DNA of 64,000 nt. It comes from an uncultured Gammaproteobacteria bacterium. Lineage in GTDB: Bacteria; Pseudomonadota; Gammaproteobacteria; JABCZS01. A program made the position numbers and the translations under genes. Positions within the stretch are counted from its first letter, which is position 1. The number at the start of each line of letters is the position of its first letter. The notes beneath the pieces were generated by a model. That model worked only from the letters and a program-made list of their open reading frames with translations. It was not told the origin of the DNA and searched no databases. The stretch covers positions 992,001 through 1,056,000 of the forward strand of contig CAWKDC010000001.1 of NCBI GenBank assembly GCA_963848305.1, written 5' to 3'. Of the stretch, positions 1-10,261 are shown piece after piece.

Positions 1-1
1 C

Positions 2-556
2 TTCTTCACGGGTTTGTCCGGCACGGGGAAATCTACGATCGCACAAGGCTTGTGGGTCAAACTCCTCGCACACGGAGGAAGGCGCGTCACCTTGCTGGAT
101 GGGGATCACATTCGGCATCATTTATCGAGTGAATTAGGGTTTTCCAAAGAACACCGCCATCTTAACGTGACACGTGTCGGTTATGTGGCCAGCGAAATTG
201 CGAAGCACGGCGGCATTGCGATGTGCGCATTGATTGCACCTTATCAAGCTTCTCGCCATAAAGTGCGTGAACTGGTCGAACAAAATGGCGGTCAGCATAT
301 TGAAATATTTGTGAACACACCGATTTCAGAATGTGAAAACCGCGATCGTAAAGGATTATATGCCAAAGCACGCCGCGGTGAAATAAAGGGTTTCACAGGG
401 ATTGATGACCCGTACGAAATTCCCCACAATCCTGATATCACTGTCGACACATTGCACCTGTCCGCCAATGAAGCGGTCGACATGATTTATCAGTGGCTTG
501 AAGAGGAAGGCTTGCTCGCGAAATCTCCGGAATATTTAACCGTGAGTGGCGCATGA
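2..556 (+). CDS. cysC: Adenylyl-sulfate kinase (5'-truncated by window; possibly C-terminal domain of a Sat/CysC fusion)
   Basis: FFTGLSGTGKST P-loop, LDGD, RDRKGLYAKARRGEIKGFTGIDDPYE motifs; frame open to window start. Confidence 0.92.
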   Translation, partial: FFTGLSGTGKSTIAQGLWVKLLAHGGRRVTLLDGDHIRHHLSSELGFSKEHRHLNVTRVGYVASEIAKHGGIAMCALIAPYQASRHKVRELVEQNGGQHIEIFVNTPISECENRDRKGLYAKARRGEIKGFTGIDDPYEIPHNPDITVDTLHLSANEAVDMIYQWLEEEGLLAKSPEYLTVSGA

Positions 557-1290
557 TCTGAAAAGCGGGTGTCTTTATAGATATCCGCTGAGACAATGTG
601 TTTTTTCAGATCAGGCGTGACGATTTGATAATCAATCCGCCACCCCACATTTTTAGCATACGCTTGCCCGCGATTTGACCACCACGTGTACTGATCTTTT
701 TCTTGATTCACGACACGGAATGCATCTACAAATCCCCATTCATCAAATACTGTGTCTAACCATGCACGTTCTTGAGGTAAAAAACCTGAATGCTTTTTAT
801 TGCCTGCGGCGTTTTTAATATCAATCACTTTGTGTGCAATGTTAAAATCCCCACAAAAAATCACGGGGGTTTTTTCATGCAAGACTTGCTGCATATAATC
901 GCCTACCACGGCCATCAGCTCATATTTCACCGCTTGACGTACTTCACCTGTCGTGCCTGAGGGCATGTAAAGAGATACCACGCTCACGTGTTCAAAATCC
1001 ATGCGCACAAAACGCCCTTCCTTATCGATCACGTCATGTCCGAAACACGTGTGAACACGGTGCGGTTTTTCCCGCGCATACATTGCCACACCACTGTAAC
1101 CTGGTTTCTCCGCATCGGAAAAAGCAAGATGATACCCTTTTGGATGAAACACAGGATCCGTTAACTCTGCATATTTGACTTTTGTTTCTTGAAGACAAAC
1201 CACATCTGGCGAATGGGCATGCATCCAGTCAAAAAAACCTTTTTTAGCCCCATTGCGGACACTGTTGATATTAAGCGTGGTCACTTTCAC
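490..1290 (-). CDS. xth: Exodeoxyribonuclease III / AP endonuclease (ExoA-like)
   Basis: VCLQETK, GDFNIAH, YTWWSNRG, GWRIDY, SDHAP motifs; GTG start at 1290 with AGGAGG RBS. Confidence 0.93.
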   Translation of the reverse strand: MKVTTLNINSVRNGAKKGFFDWMHAHSPDVVCLQETKVKYAELTDPVFHPKGYHLAFSDAEKPGYSGVAMYAREKPHRVHTCFGHDVIDKEGRFVRMDFEHVSVVSLYMPSGTTGEVRQAVKYELMAVVGDYMQQVLHEKTPVIFCGDFNIAHKVIDIKNAAGNKKHSGFLPQERAWLDTVFDEWGFVDAFRVVNQEKDQYTWWSNRGQAYAKNVGWRIDYQIVTPDLKKHIVSADIYKDTRFSDHAPLTVKYSGDFASKPSSSSH

Positions 1291-1470
1291 TGATTCGTCC
1301 TCCTGGTACAATGTAGTATATGCTGGTTTCCCAAGGAAACGATTTTTAGCGCCACTTAAAGCGTACTCATGGCAACGCCTCTCATTCACCCTTAAATCAA
1401 CATCATATCAAATAATGATTGACTTTTCTAAAGAAATATACTAAAAATAGCACGCAAGCGGGAGCATAAC

Positions 1471-2115
1471 ATGTCTACACCACAACAAACACTGCTACAA
1501 CTGGCCCTGGAATACAATGTCCTGCGCTTTGGTACATTTACCCTAAAATCGGGGCGCGAAAGCCCTTATTTTTTCAATGCGGGTCTTTTTAACACAGGGC
1601 ATGCTTTGAAAATATTGGGCGAGTGTTATGCCGACACATTACTGCAACATCAATTGCCAGCGGATATGTTATTCGGCCCCGCATATAAAGGCATTCCGTT
1701 AGTATCCAGTGCCGCCATCGCGCTCGCCGCGCGCGGCCATAATTTGCCTTATGCATTTAATCGCAAAGAAGCCAAAGATCATGGGGAGGGTGGTGTGTTT
1801 GTCGGCGCACCGATCAATGGCAATGTCGTGTTGATTGATGATGTGATCACGGCAGGCACCGCCATTCGTGAATCGGTGACATTGATTCAAGCCGCTGGCG
1901 CACGTGTGAGCGGCATCGTGGTATTGTTTGATCGACAAGAACGCATGAATGATGCTTCTTTATCTGCCACACAACAATTATCACAGCAATTACAAGTGCC
2001 TGTCTGTGCATTGGCGAGTTTTGCGGATATATTGGCGATGATTGAAGGGAAGGCTGAGTATGCTGCGCATGTAGAGAAGATGCGGGAATATTGGACAAAA
2101 TTTGGCGTACTTTAG
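1471..2115 (+). CDS. pyrE: Orotate phosphoribosyltransferase
   Basis: FTLKSGRESPYFFN, GPAYKGIP, RKEAKDHGEGG, LIDDVITAGT. Confidence 0.97.
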   Translation: MSTPQQTLLQLALEYNVLRFGTFTLKSGRESPYFFNAGLFNTGHALKILGECYADTLLQHQLPADMLFGPAYKGIPLVSSAAIALAARGHNLPYAFNRKEAKDHGEGGVFVGAPINGNVVLIDDVITAGTAIRESVTLIQAAGARVSGIVVLFDRQERMNDASLSATQQLSQQLQVPVCALASFADILAMIEGKAEYAAHVEKMREYWTKFGVL

Positions 2116-2138
2116 GGGCGGATATTTCTGCCCCTACA
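2113..2138. repeat. GTAG-type REP-like palindrome / bidirectional terminator
   Basis: taggggcgga-tatt-tctgcccctaca between convergent genes; same GTAGGGG...CCCCTAC ends as at 12646 and 48238. Confidence 0.55.
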
Positions 2139-2148
2139 AGGGGACCAA

Positions 2149-3524
2149 TCAATGCGCAGCCACATTCAACAAGACAGCGACAATCCCCAACGGCGCCACG
2201 GTGCACAACAATATCCGCCACAATAAAAATAATGCCGGGCTTTTCAATTGTAACGCATCCTGAGAGAGCTGTGGCTTTACAATATACCCCACAAAAATCG
2301 CAAACGATAACCCGCCCAACGGCAACAATATTTTGTTCGGCAACCCTGTTGCAATCTCAAAAAAGTTATTACCCAATATGGTCACATGCGACCATTCATT
2401 GAACGATAATAACACCGCAATCCCGAGCAACCATCCCACAGCACCAATCACCAGCACCGCTTGCGTGCGTGTCTGATGAAAACGTTCATGCAAAATAGCG
2501 ACTAACGGTTCGACCAATGAAATCGATGATGTCCATACTGCAAATAATAACAACACAAAAAAAGCCATGCCGACCATTTGCCCAAAAGGCATTTGCCCAA
2601 ACGCCATGGGCAATACTTCAAACACCAACCCTGGACCGACTTGCGGCGTTAATCCATAGGCAAAAACCAATGGAAAAATCGCCAAGCCTGCCAATATGGC
2701 GACAAACGTATCAATCGCGACAATTTTAAAAATATCGCCCGTCACACCTTCACCTTTTTTCAAATAAGACGCGTATGTTGCAATGCAACCTGCTCCCAAC
2801 GCCAAACTGAAAAACGCTAAACCCATTGCAGTTAATACCGTTGTGGCATTGACCTTTGAAAAATCTGGTTTAAACAAAAAGTCCACGCTACGCGCAACAT
2901 CGCCGGTCAGCAATGCATACACGACCAATAGCATTAAAATAATGATCAACCCAGGCATCATGATTTTTGAGGCGCGTTCCAATCCTTTTTCCACTCCCAG
3001 TGCCACCACACTCAATGTCATCAACATAAAAATCGTGTGATACAAGAGTAATTCAAATGGGTTCGCCATCAAACGCTCCCACACCGATTTAACGCCCACC
3101 GCATCAATCGAATGGAATGTACCGCTCAATGTTTTGAAAAAATAGGCAATGCTGTCCAACCTGACACGACACTGTAAAATGAAAGCATCAAAATCAATGC
3201 GAGCGCTCCCAACACACCGACATATCCCCAGCGTTTCGATGCCCCCGAATCTGTAGCCACACGTTCCATCGCCTCAATCACATTCGCACGACCGTGACGC
3301 CCAATGATCGTTTCTGCCATCATGATAGGCACACCCATGAATAATACGCACAACAAATAAATCACGATAAAAGCCGCACCGCCATTCACCCCCGTCATGT
3401 AGGGAAACATCCAAATATTACCCAACCCAACTGCCGCGCCACTGGTTGCCAACACAAAGCCTAATGTAGACGTCCATTGTTGCGTGCGCTCAAGCAAGGT
3501 GTGACGGCGCGATAAAAATTTCAT
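2149..3524 (-). CDS. Sodium-dependent transporter (NSS/SNF family), frameshift near 3150
   Basis: GAAVGLGNIWMFPY and GGAAF in ORF 3126..3524; GVEKGLE, AFFSLALG, GPGLVF in ORF 2149..3159. Confidence 0.9.
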
Positions 3525-3533
3525 GGTAAAACC

Positions 3534-4022
3534 TCAATGTTTCTTGAACGTAATGAATGTGTATGGGTGGGGATTGAGCGCATCTGAAGCATGCGCTTCA
3601 CGCGACACTTCTCGCCATTGCGCAGGATCCCATTCGGGAAAAAATGTATCTCCCTCTACCTCCAGATCAATGGAGGTCAGATATAATATTTCGGCCAAAG
3701 GCAATGCTTGTTCAAACAATTGTGCGCCGCCAATCACCATGATCTCAGGCACATGCTTGACGGCGAGCAAAGCACTCTCTAGGCTTGTATACACCGTCGC
3801 ACCGGGTGCATCATAATCCGCCTGGCGTGACACCACAAGATTGTCACGGCCTGGCAACGCACGACCGAGCGATTCAAATGTTTTTCGCCCCATGATAATG
3901 GGTTTACCCATCGTGATCGCTTTAAAATGTTTCAAATCCGCCGGCAAATGCCACGGCATTTGATTGTGCATGCCAATCACACGGTGATTGGCCATGGCGG
4001 CGATCAAGGCGATATGACTCAT
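3534..4022 (-). CDS. folA: Dihydrofolate reductase
   Basis: [36 protein letters not shown]. Confidence 0.97.
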   Translation of the reverse strand: MSHIALIAAMANHRVIGMHNQMPWHLPADLKHFKAITMGKPIIMGRKTFESLGRALPGRDNLVVSRQADYDAPGATVYTSLESALLAVKHVPEIMVIGGAQLFEQALPLAEILYLTSIDLEVEGDTFFPEWDPAQWREVSREAHASDALNPHPYTFITFKKH

Positions 4023-4813
4023 ATCGCCACCGGCGCTGAAATATGCGGGTGAGCCACGTAATCACTCAAGGTGAAGTCTTCAAACGTGAAATCAAATATA
4101 TTTTTTACCGCAGGGTTGAGCGTCATTTTGGGCAATGCATACGGCGTACGTGATAATTGTAACTGCGCTTGCTCCATATGATTATCATATAAATGTGCAT
4201 CGCCCAATGTGTGCACAAATTCTCCCGGCTGCAACCCTGTCACTTGTGCCACCATCATCGTGAATAATGCATAAGAAGCAATATTAAAAGGAACGCCTAA
4301 AAAAATATCCGCGCTACGCTGATACAATTGACACGATAATTTTCCATCAGCGACGTAAAATTGAAAAAAACAATGACACGGCGGCAACGCCATTTTGTCA
4401 ATCTCACCCACATTCCATGCAGACACAATCAAACGACGCGAATCAGGATTGTGTTTGATTTGATCAATCACTTTCGTGATCTGATCAATCACGCGACCAT
4501 CCGCCGTTTTCCATGAGCGCCATTGCGCGCCATACACCGGCCCCAAATTGCCGTCAGCGTCAGCCCATTCATCCCAAATACTCACACGATTGTCTTTCAA
4601 ATAACGAATATTGGTATCGCCTTTCAGGAACCACAATAATTCATGGGTGATCGATCGCATGTGTGTTTTCTTGGTGGTGACCAGCGGAAACCCTTTGCTC
4701 AAATCAAACCGCATTTGATAACCAAACACACTGCGCGTGCCCGTTCCTGTGCGATCGGATTTGGAGACACCTTTGGTCATCACATGTCTCATCAACTCTA
4801 AATATTGTTCCAT
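4019..4813 (-). CDS. thyA: Thymidylate synthase
   Basis: [32 protein letters not shown]. Confidence 0.98.
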   Translation of the reverse strand: MEQYLELMRHVMTKGVSKSDRTGTGTRSVFGYQMRFDLSKGFPLVTTKKTHMRSITHELLWFLKGDTNIRYLKDNRVSIWDEWADADGNLGPVYGAQWRSWKTADGRVIDQITKVIDQIKHNPDSRRLIVSAWNVGEIDKMALPPCHCFFQFYVADGKLSCQLYQRSADIFLGVPFNIASYALFTMMVAQVTGLQPGEFVHTLGDAHLYDNHMEQAQLQLSRTPYALPKMTLNPAVKNIFDFTFEDFTLSDYVAHPHISAPVAI

Positions 4814-5589
4814 TGCGTAGGCTCCTTGCGCATCATTAAATATAATCCAATGAGTATCATGGGGATGGATAATAATTGCCCCATCGTCAACCCAAACATC
4901 AACAGTCCTATGTGCTGATCAGGCTCACGTAAACATTCTATCGCTGTGCGGATCACGCCATAAACGATCAAAAATAACCCGGTGACAGCGCCAGAGGCAC
5001 GCCTTTTCCGCGCATACACCCATACTATCACACCCAGCACAATGCTTTCTAATACAGCTTCATACAATGCGGACGGATGGCGCGGCAATGGCCCCGCCCC
5101 TGGAAACACCATGCCCCATGGCACTGTCGTGACACGGCCCCATAATTCCCCATTGATAAAATTCCCCAAGCGCCCCAAGCCTAACCCAACAGGTATCATG
5201 AGAGAAATCAGATCGGTTAAATCCCAAACAGACAAGGCATGAACGCGCGCATACAACCAAGCCGCGAAACCCGCACCCAACATCCCGCCGTGAAACGACA
5301 TGCCCCCTTCCCACACTTGAAACAAATAGAGCGGATGTTGGATAAAATAAGACCATTGATAAAATAACACATAACCAATACGCCCACCCAGCACCACCCC
5401 CAATACCATCCACACAAAAATAAAATCACCCAATTGCTCGACAGTGAGTGGTGCCCATTTGTGTTGAATACGATATCGCCCCAATAAATAGGCACCGATA
5501 AACCCGAATAAATACATCAAACCATACCAATGCACACGCACCGGGCCGAAGGCAAACGCCACGGGATCAATGTTTGGATACGTTATCAT
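4798..5589 (-). CDS. lgt: Prolipoprotein diacylglyceryl transferase
   Basis: [39 protein letters not shown]; adjacent to thyA. Confidence 0.97.
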   Translation of the reverse strand: MITYPNIDPVAFAFGPVRVHWYGLMYLFGFIGAYLLGRYRIQHKWAPLTVEQLGDFIFVWMVLGVVLGGRIGYVLFYQWSYFIQHPLYLFQVWEGGMSFHGGMLGAGFAAWLYARVHALSVWDLTDLISLMIPVGLGLGRLGNFINGELWGRVTTVPWGMVFPGAGPLPRHPSALYEAVLESIVLGVIVWVYARKRRASGAVTGLFLIVYGVIRTAIECLREPDQHIGLLMFGLTMGQLLSIPMILIGLYLMMRKEPTQWNNI

Positions 5590-6430
5590 GACTTTCCTCA
5601 ATCTGTTGATGCATCGCCCACGCGCTATAAAACATGGTGGTTGCAACGACCATTAATAATATCCCGAAGAATCGTTTCAATTTTTCATGGGGCAACCGGT
5701 GCGCCCATTTTACCCCGAGAGGCGCAAATAAAATGCCAGTGAACATCAATATGAACACAATCGGCCAGTACACATACCCCGTCGCCAAATCTGGCAAACC
5801 GGCCACACCCCAACCTCGGTAAATGTAACCGACAACGCCCACCAAACTTGCCGGCACCAAACACAACGCTGACACCGCCAACGCCTGCCGCATGGGGACG
5901 CCCAATCGCGTGAGCAAAGGCACCACAAACACACCGCCCCCCAACCCTAACATGGAAGATAACAGCCCGACAATAGGACTGAACACAAACAAAATCATGA
6001 GAGAGGATTTATGACGCTCGGTGGTCTCTTTCACTCCTATGGTATAGCGGATCCCCATCACCATCAAGAACATGCTGAAAATCCATTCTAAAACATACCC
6101 TGAAATGGCTGTGGAAATGATTGGGCCTATCATTGCGCCAATAAACATGCCGGGAGCCACGCCCCGCACCAACTTCCATTCTAAAGGTTGATGACGATGG
6201 TGTGATATCCCTGCAATCGTCGCATTGAATGGCACGGCAGCCAACGACGTCCCTACGGCCAAATGCATCACCATCTCGGGCGGTATGCCCTGCCAATCCA
6301 TCAACACGGCAATCACGGGAATGATGATGATGCCCCCACCAATCCCCAATAAGCCTGCCAAAAAATTCCCCAATGCGCCCACCGCAAAACAGGCCAACGC
6401 TAACCACAGGATGAGCATGTTATTCTCCAA
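5567..6430 (-). CDS. Sulfite exporter TauE/SafE family membrane protein
   Basis: duplicated GLLGIGGG..P / MLGLGGG..VP motifs, AVGTSLA, GYVYWP. Confidence 0.88.
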   Translation of the reverse strand: MENNMLILWLALACFAVGALGNFLAGLLGIGGGIIIIPVIAVLMDWQGIPPEMVMHLAVGTSLAAVPFNATIAGISHHRHQPLEWKLVRGVAPGMFIGAMIGPIISTAISGYVLEWIFSMFLMVMGIRYTIGVKETTERHKSSLMILFVFSPIVGLLSSMLGLGGGVFVVPLLTRLGVPMRQALAVSALCLVPASLVGVVGYIYRGWGVAGLPDLATGYVYWPIVFILMFTGILFAPLGVKWAHRLPHEKLKRFFGILLMVVATTMFYSAWAMHQQIEESHDNVSKH

Positions 6431-6473
6431 TATGTTATAAAGTATGCACCCACAGTAAGTTTACCAGAGATTC

Positions 6474-7127
6474 ATGAACCACCACGCGCCCACCTCCCTC
6501 GACGACCTCACTCACCGCATTCGTGCAGTGGAAGGCCTTACCCTGGGCGATCTTGCCCATCATTTGGGTATCACCCTGCCCGAACAACTCACCACCCATA
6601 AAGGCCTGGCAGGACAATTGTTGGAAAAAGTTCTGGGCGCCGATGCAGGAAATGAATCCAGGCCAGATTTCTCCCAGCTCGGCATTGAACTCAAAACCAT
6701 TCCCGTCAATGCGCAGCGTCGACCGCGCGAATCCACGTATGTCTGCACCGTGCCGCTACAAGCGCCTTATCCCTCATTTGAACAGTCTGTTGTTCATGCA
6801 AAATTATCCCACGTGTTATGGGTTCCTTTGATGACTGATGCGCCGCGCGTGAGTGATTGGCGCATTTTAAAAGCTGTGTTTTGGCAACCCAATGACACGC
6901 AATTCGCCCAGCTACGCCATGATTTTAATGAACTGATAGACATGATAGCACTCGGGCAACTCGATCAAATCACATCCCGATGGGGAGATGCTTTGCACAT
7001 CCGCCCCAAAGCAGCCAATGCTAAACAACTCACTCATTATGTGGGTCAAACTGGCGCCCCAGAACAAACCCTGCCGAGAGGCTTTTATTTAAGAACCGGA
7101 TTTACTACCCCACTCATCTCTGATTAA
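6474..7127 (+). CDS. mutH: DNA mismatch repair endonuclease MutH
   Basis: KGLAGQLLE, PDF..LGIELKTIP, ESTYVC, IRPKAAN, PRGFYLR. Confidence 0.95.
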   Translation: MNHHAPTSLDDLTHRIRAVEGLTLGDLAHHLGITLPEQLTTHKGLAGQLLEKVLGADAGNESRPDFSQLGIELKTIPVNAQRRPRESTYVCTVPLQAPYPSFEQSVVHAKLSHVLWVPLMTDAPRVSDWRILKAVFWQPNDTQFAQLRHDFNELIDMIALGQLDQITSRWGDALHIRPKAANAKQLTHYVGQTGAPEQTLPRGFYLRTGFTTPLISD

Positions 7128-7237
7128 ATGCTGTTTTAACGAGAAACGGTTATAATGGCGCAAGATTCTGATTGAATTTTATTCGCTTCGCTCGTATACT
7201 TGCCTTGAGTATGATGACCCATACAAGGATCCAAGCC

Positions 7238-7918
7238 ATGCCAACCTCCAATCCCTTCTTACAGCTTTTTGGCCGCTCACCGATACGCCCATTACAAGAA
7301 CACATTGATAAAGTATACAGTTGCGTACAGTTACTCATCCCCTTTTTCAACGCCGTCTTTGCACAGGATTGGGCAAAGGCCAAAGAATACCAAACCAACA
7401 TCACCCGATTAGAACATGAAGCAGACGATCTCAAGCGGCAACTGCGCATGAGCCTGCCACAAGGCCTTTTCCTCCCTGTCCCCCGCACGGATTTGCTCGA
7501 CATGCTACGCTCGCAAGATCGGATCGCCAATCGTGCGAAAGACATTGCGGGATTGATACTGGGACGTGAAATGCACATCCCCGCAGCGCTTGAAGCCGAC
7601 TTAAAACGTTACCTCGAGCGCAGCATTGCGGCCGCTGAGCAAGCGCACCGCGCCATTCATGAACTCGACAGCCTGCTCGAAACAGGTTTCTCAGGTCATG
7701 AAGTCAATGTCGTGGAAGCGATGATTCAAGAACTGGACGATATCGAACATCAAACGGATGAGATGGAAATTAAAATCCGCCACCAGCTTTTTCTCCTTGA
7801 AAAAGATCTGAACCCAGTCGACGTGATGTTTATGTATAACATCGTCGAATGGATTGGCGATTTAGCCGATCGCGCTCAACGCGTCGGTGGCCAACTACAA
7901 CTTTTGATTGCAAGGTAG
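7238..7918 (+). CDS. TIGR00153/DUF47 phosphate transport regulator
   Basis: LFGRSPIRPLQEH, EHEADDLKR, LADRAQRVG; upstream of PiT gene. Confidence 0.9.
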   Translation: MPTSNPFLQLFGRSPIRPLQEHIDKVYSCVQLLIPFFNAVFAQDWAKAKEYQTNITRLEHEADDLKRQLRMSLPQGLFLPVPRTDLLDMLRSQDRIANRAKDIAGLILGREMHIPAALEADLKRYLERSIAAAEQAHRAIHELDSLLETGFSGHEVNVVEAMIQELDDIEHQTDEMEIKIRHQLFLLEKDLNPVDVMFMYNIVEWIGDLADRAQRVGGQLQLLIAR

Positions 7919-7923
7919 ATGTT

Positions 7924-9177
7924 ATGTTACATGGCACTTTTTTCCTCATTCTGGCGTGCGCCTTTGGTTTTTTCATGGCCTGGGGTGTTGGCGCAAACGA
8001 CGTGGCCAACGCGATGGGCACTTCTGTCGGCTCCAAAGCCCTCACCATTCGCAACGCGATCATCATCGCGGCCATTTTTGAATTTGCGGGCGCCTTTTTT
8101 GCCGGCGGCGCGGTCACCAGCACAATCAGCGGCGGCATCACCGATGTCTCCTACTTCGTCGATCACCCTGAATTGCTGATTTATGGCATGCTCGCATCCC
8201 TCTTATCAGCCGGCATTTGGTTACTCATTGCCACACACTTTGGTTGGCCTGTCTCAACGACGCACTCGATTGTTGGGGCGATTGTTGGTTTCACAGCGGT
8301 TGGCATTGGGATTGATGCAGTTCAATGGAGCAAAGTGGGCTTCATTGTCATCAGCTGGATCATCTCTCCCGTGATGGGATTGATCTTGGCCTACGCCCTG
8401 TTTGCCAGTGTACAATTCCTTATTTTCAACACGCCCGATCCCTTCCGCTCCGCCAAAAAATATGTCCCTGTTTATATTTTTTTCACCGCCTTTTTATTCG
8501 CGATGATCACCTTTGTCAAAGGCTTAAAATATGTAGGGCTTGATTTATCCTTCGCTGAAAGTGCGCTCCTGTCTATTGGCTTCAGCATTGTACTCACGTT
8601 CATGAGCACATTCTTCTTGAAACGCATTCAGCCCGATCCGCGTGCAAAACGCGAATCTCAATTCGCCAATGTGGAAAAAGTATTTGCTGTATTGATGGCC
8701 TTCACCGCCTGCGCAATGTCTTTCGCCCACGGTTCCAACGATGTTGCCAATGCCGTTGGGCCACTCGCGGCAGTAGTTGGGATTGTGCAACACAATGGCG
8801 TGCTCGGCGCGACACAAGCTGTGCCCGCATGGATTTTATTTTTAGGCGCCGCAGGCATTGTATGCGGCTTGGTGATGTATGGACATAAAGTGATCATCAC
8901 CATTGGATCTGGGATCACTGAACTCACCCCCAGCCGCGGATTTGCCGCGACATTGGCCGGCGCGGTCACGATGATTTTGGCGTCAGGCACAGGTTTACCG
9001 ATTTCAAGCACACACACACTCGTGGGCGCCGTCTTGGGCGTGGGATTGGCGCGCGGGATTGGCGCCATTAACCTCACGATGCTCACGACCATTTTCACGT
9101 CGTGGATTGTGACATTGCCGGCGGGTGCGTTGTTTTCCATCATCACGTTTTATGTCTTTCGATATTCATTTGGTTAA
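7924..9177 (+). CDS. Inorganic phosphate transporter (PiT family)
   Basis: GANDVANAMGTSVGS, PVSTTHSIVG, HGSNDVANA, PISSTH. Confidence 0.95.
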   Translation: MLHGTFFLILACAFGFFMAWGVGANDVANAMGTSVGSKALTIRNAIIIAAIFEFAGAFFAGGAVTSTISGGITDVSYFVDHPELLIYGMLASLLSAGIWLLIATHFGWPVSTTHSIVGAIVGFTAVGIGIDAVQWSKVGFIVISWIISPVMGLILAYALFASVQFLIFNTPDPFRSAKKYVPVYIFFTAFLFAMITFVKGLKYVGLDLSFAESALLSIGFSIVLTFMSTFFLKRIQPDPRAKRESQFANVEKVFAVLMAFTACAMSFAHGSNDVANAVGPLAAVVGIVQHNGVLGATQAVPAWILFLGAAGIVCGLVMYGHKVIITIGSGITELTPSRGFAATLAGAVTMILASGTGLPISSTHTLVGAVLGVGLARGIGAINLTMLTTIFTSWIVTLPAGALFSIITFYVFRYSFG

Positions 9178-9190
9178 GCGGGAGCATATC

Positions 9191-9619
9191 ATGCGTCAAC
9201 TTTCATTCATCTTACTCGGCTGTTTATCCGCGTTGAATGTGATGGCGCTGCCCATTCAATGCCCAGCTCTTGCCGATATTTCCCTCACAGATGGCGAATA
9301 TGCCTGGCAAAGTAAAGATTCTTTGTGGGAAGGTTATTTTGCGTCGCCGCGCACCGGCGTGGGTGAGTCTTCCAAAATTGATGCATTTTTAGAAGCGCGT
9401 TGGATCCAACTCAACACCCTCAGCAATCCACATGGCGTGGTTGAGTGTGATTATGCTGGCAATATGCCAAATGAAGTAATCCGCTTTGTGATGCTGAATG
9501 CGCAAGGCGGCCCCACACCCACGGCGAATGGTTGGTCGTGCTCATTCAACCCCGTTTATCCGAGCCCACAATGTTCGTGCTCGGGCGATCCTGCTCTGTG
9601 CGAATTTGAAAAATCATGA
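9191..9619 (+). CDS. Secreted cysteine-rich hypothetical protein (DUF3757-like)
   Basis: signal-peptide-like N-terminus, CP near mature start, C-terminal WSC..C.C..C pattern. Confidence 0.6.
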   Translation: MRQLSFILLGCLSALNVMALPIQCPALADISLTDGEYAWQSKDSLWEGYFASPRTGVGESSKIDAFLEARWIQLNTLSNPHGVVECDYAGNMPNEVIRFVMLNAQGGPTPTANGWSCSFNPVYPSPQCSCSGDPALCEFEKS

Positions 9620-10257
9620 AGCGCCGTTATTCCTTCCTTGATCAACTCTGCATCCAAGCAGAATTATTGTTGCATGCTTCCAGCCAAACGTATGCCAGCG
9701 GTTCACGGGCCAATCCTGCGGATGATGCCATTGAGTCCCCCTTGTCCGACACCGAACGCACCCACATTGCCCGCTTAATGCGCATCAATCACAGCGGTGA
9801 AGTATGCGCGCAAGCGTTATATTTGGGCCAAGCGTTGGCCGCACGGGATCCACACACGCGGGAAGCTTTGAATCAAGCTGCGCTGGAAGAAGGCGACCAT
9901 TTATTGTGGTGCCAAGCACGTCTGAGGGATCTGTCAGGGCGTACCAGCTACTTAAATCCATTATGGTATTTTGGTTCATTGATGATAGGTGTAGTCGCTG
10001 CGAGTTTTGGCGATCCGATCAGTTTGGGCTTTATCGTTGAAACGGAAAAACAAGTGGAACGGCATTTGGCCGGGCATCTCGCCCAACTGCCACCGCACGA
10101 TGTCAAAACCCGCGCCATCCTCACGCAAATGCATCAAGACGAAATCACCCATGGAGAACATGCGCACTCGTCTGGTGCGGTGCCATTACCTGGGTGGGTT
10201 CAAACAATGATGCAGCATACCTCGCGGGTGATGGTGGAAGGAGCAAAATGGGTGTAG
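9616..10257 (+). CDS. coq7: Demethoxyubiquinone hydroxylase Coq7 (di-iron)
   Basis: LMRINHSGEVCAQALY, EEGDHL.WC, ETEKQVERHL, DEITH. Confidence 0.93.
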   Translation: MKRRYSFLDQLCIQAELLLHASSQTYASGSRANPADDAIESPLSDTERTHIARLMRINHSGEVCAQALYLGQALAARDPHTREALNQAALEEGDHLLWCQARLRDLSGRTSYLNPLWYFGSLMIGVVAASFGDPISLGFIVETEKQVERHLAGHLAQLPPHDVKTRAILTQMHQDEITHGEHAHSSGAVPLPGWVQTMMQHTSRVMVEGAKWV

Positions 10258-10261
10258 GGGT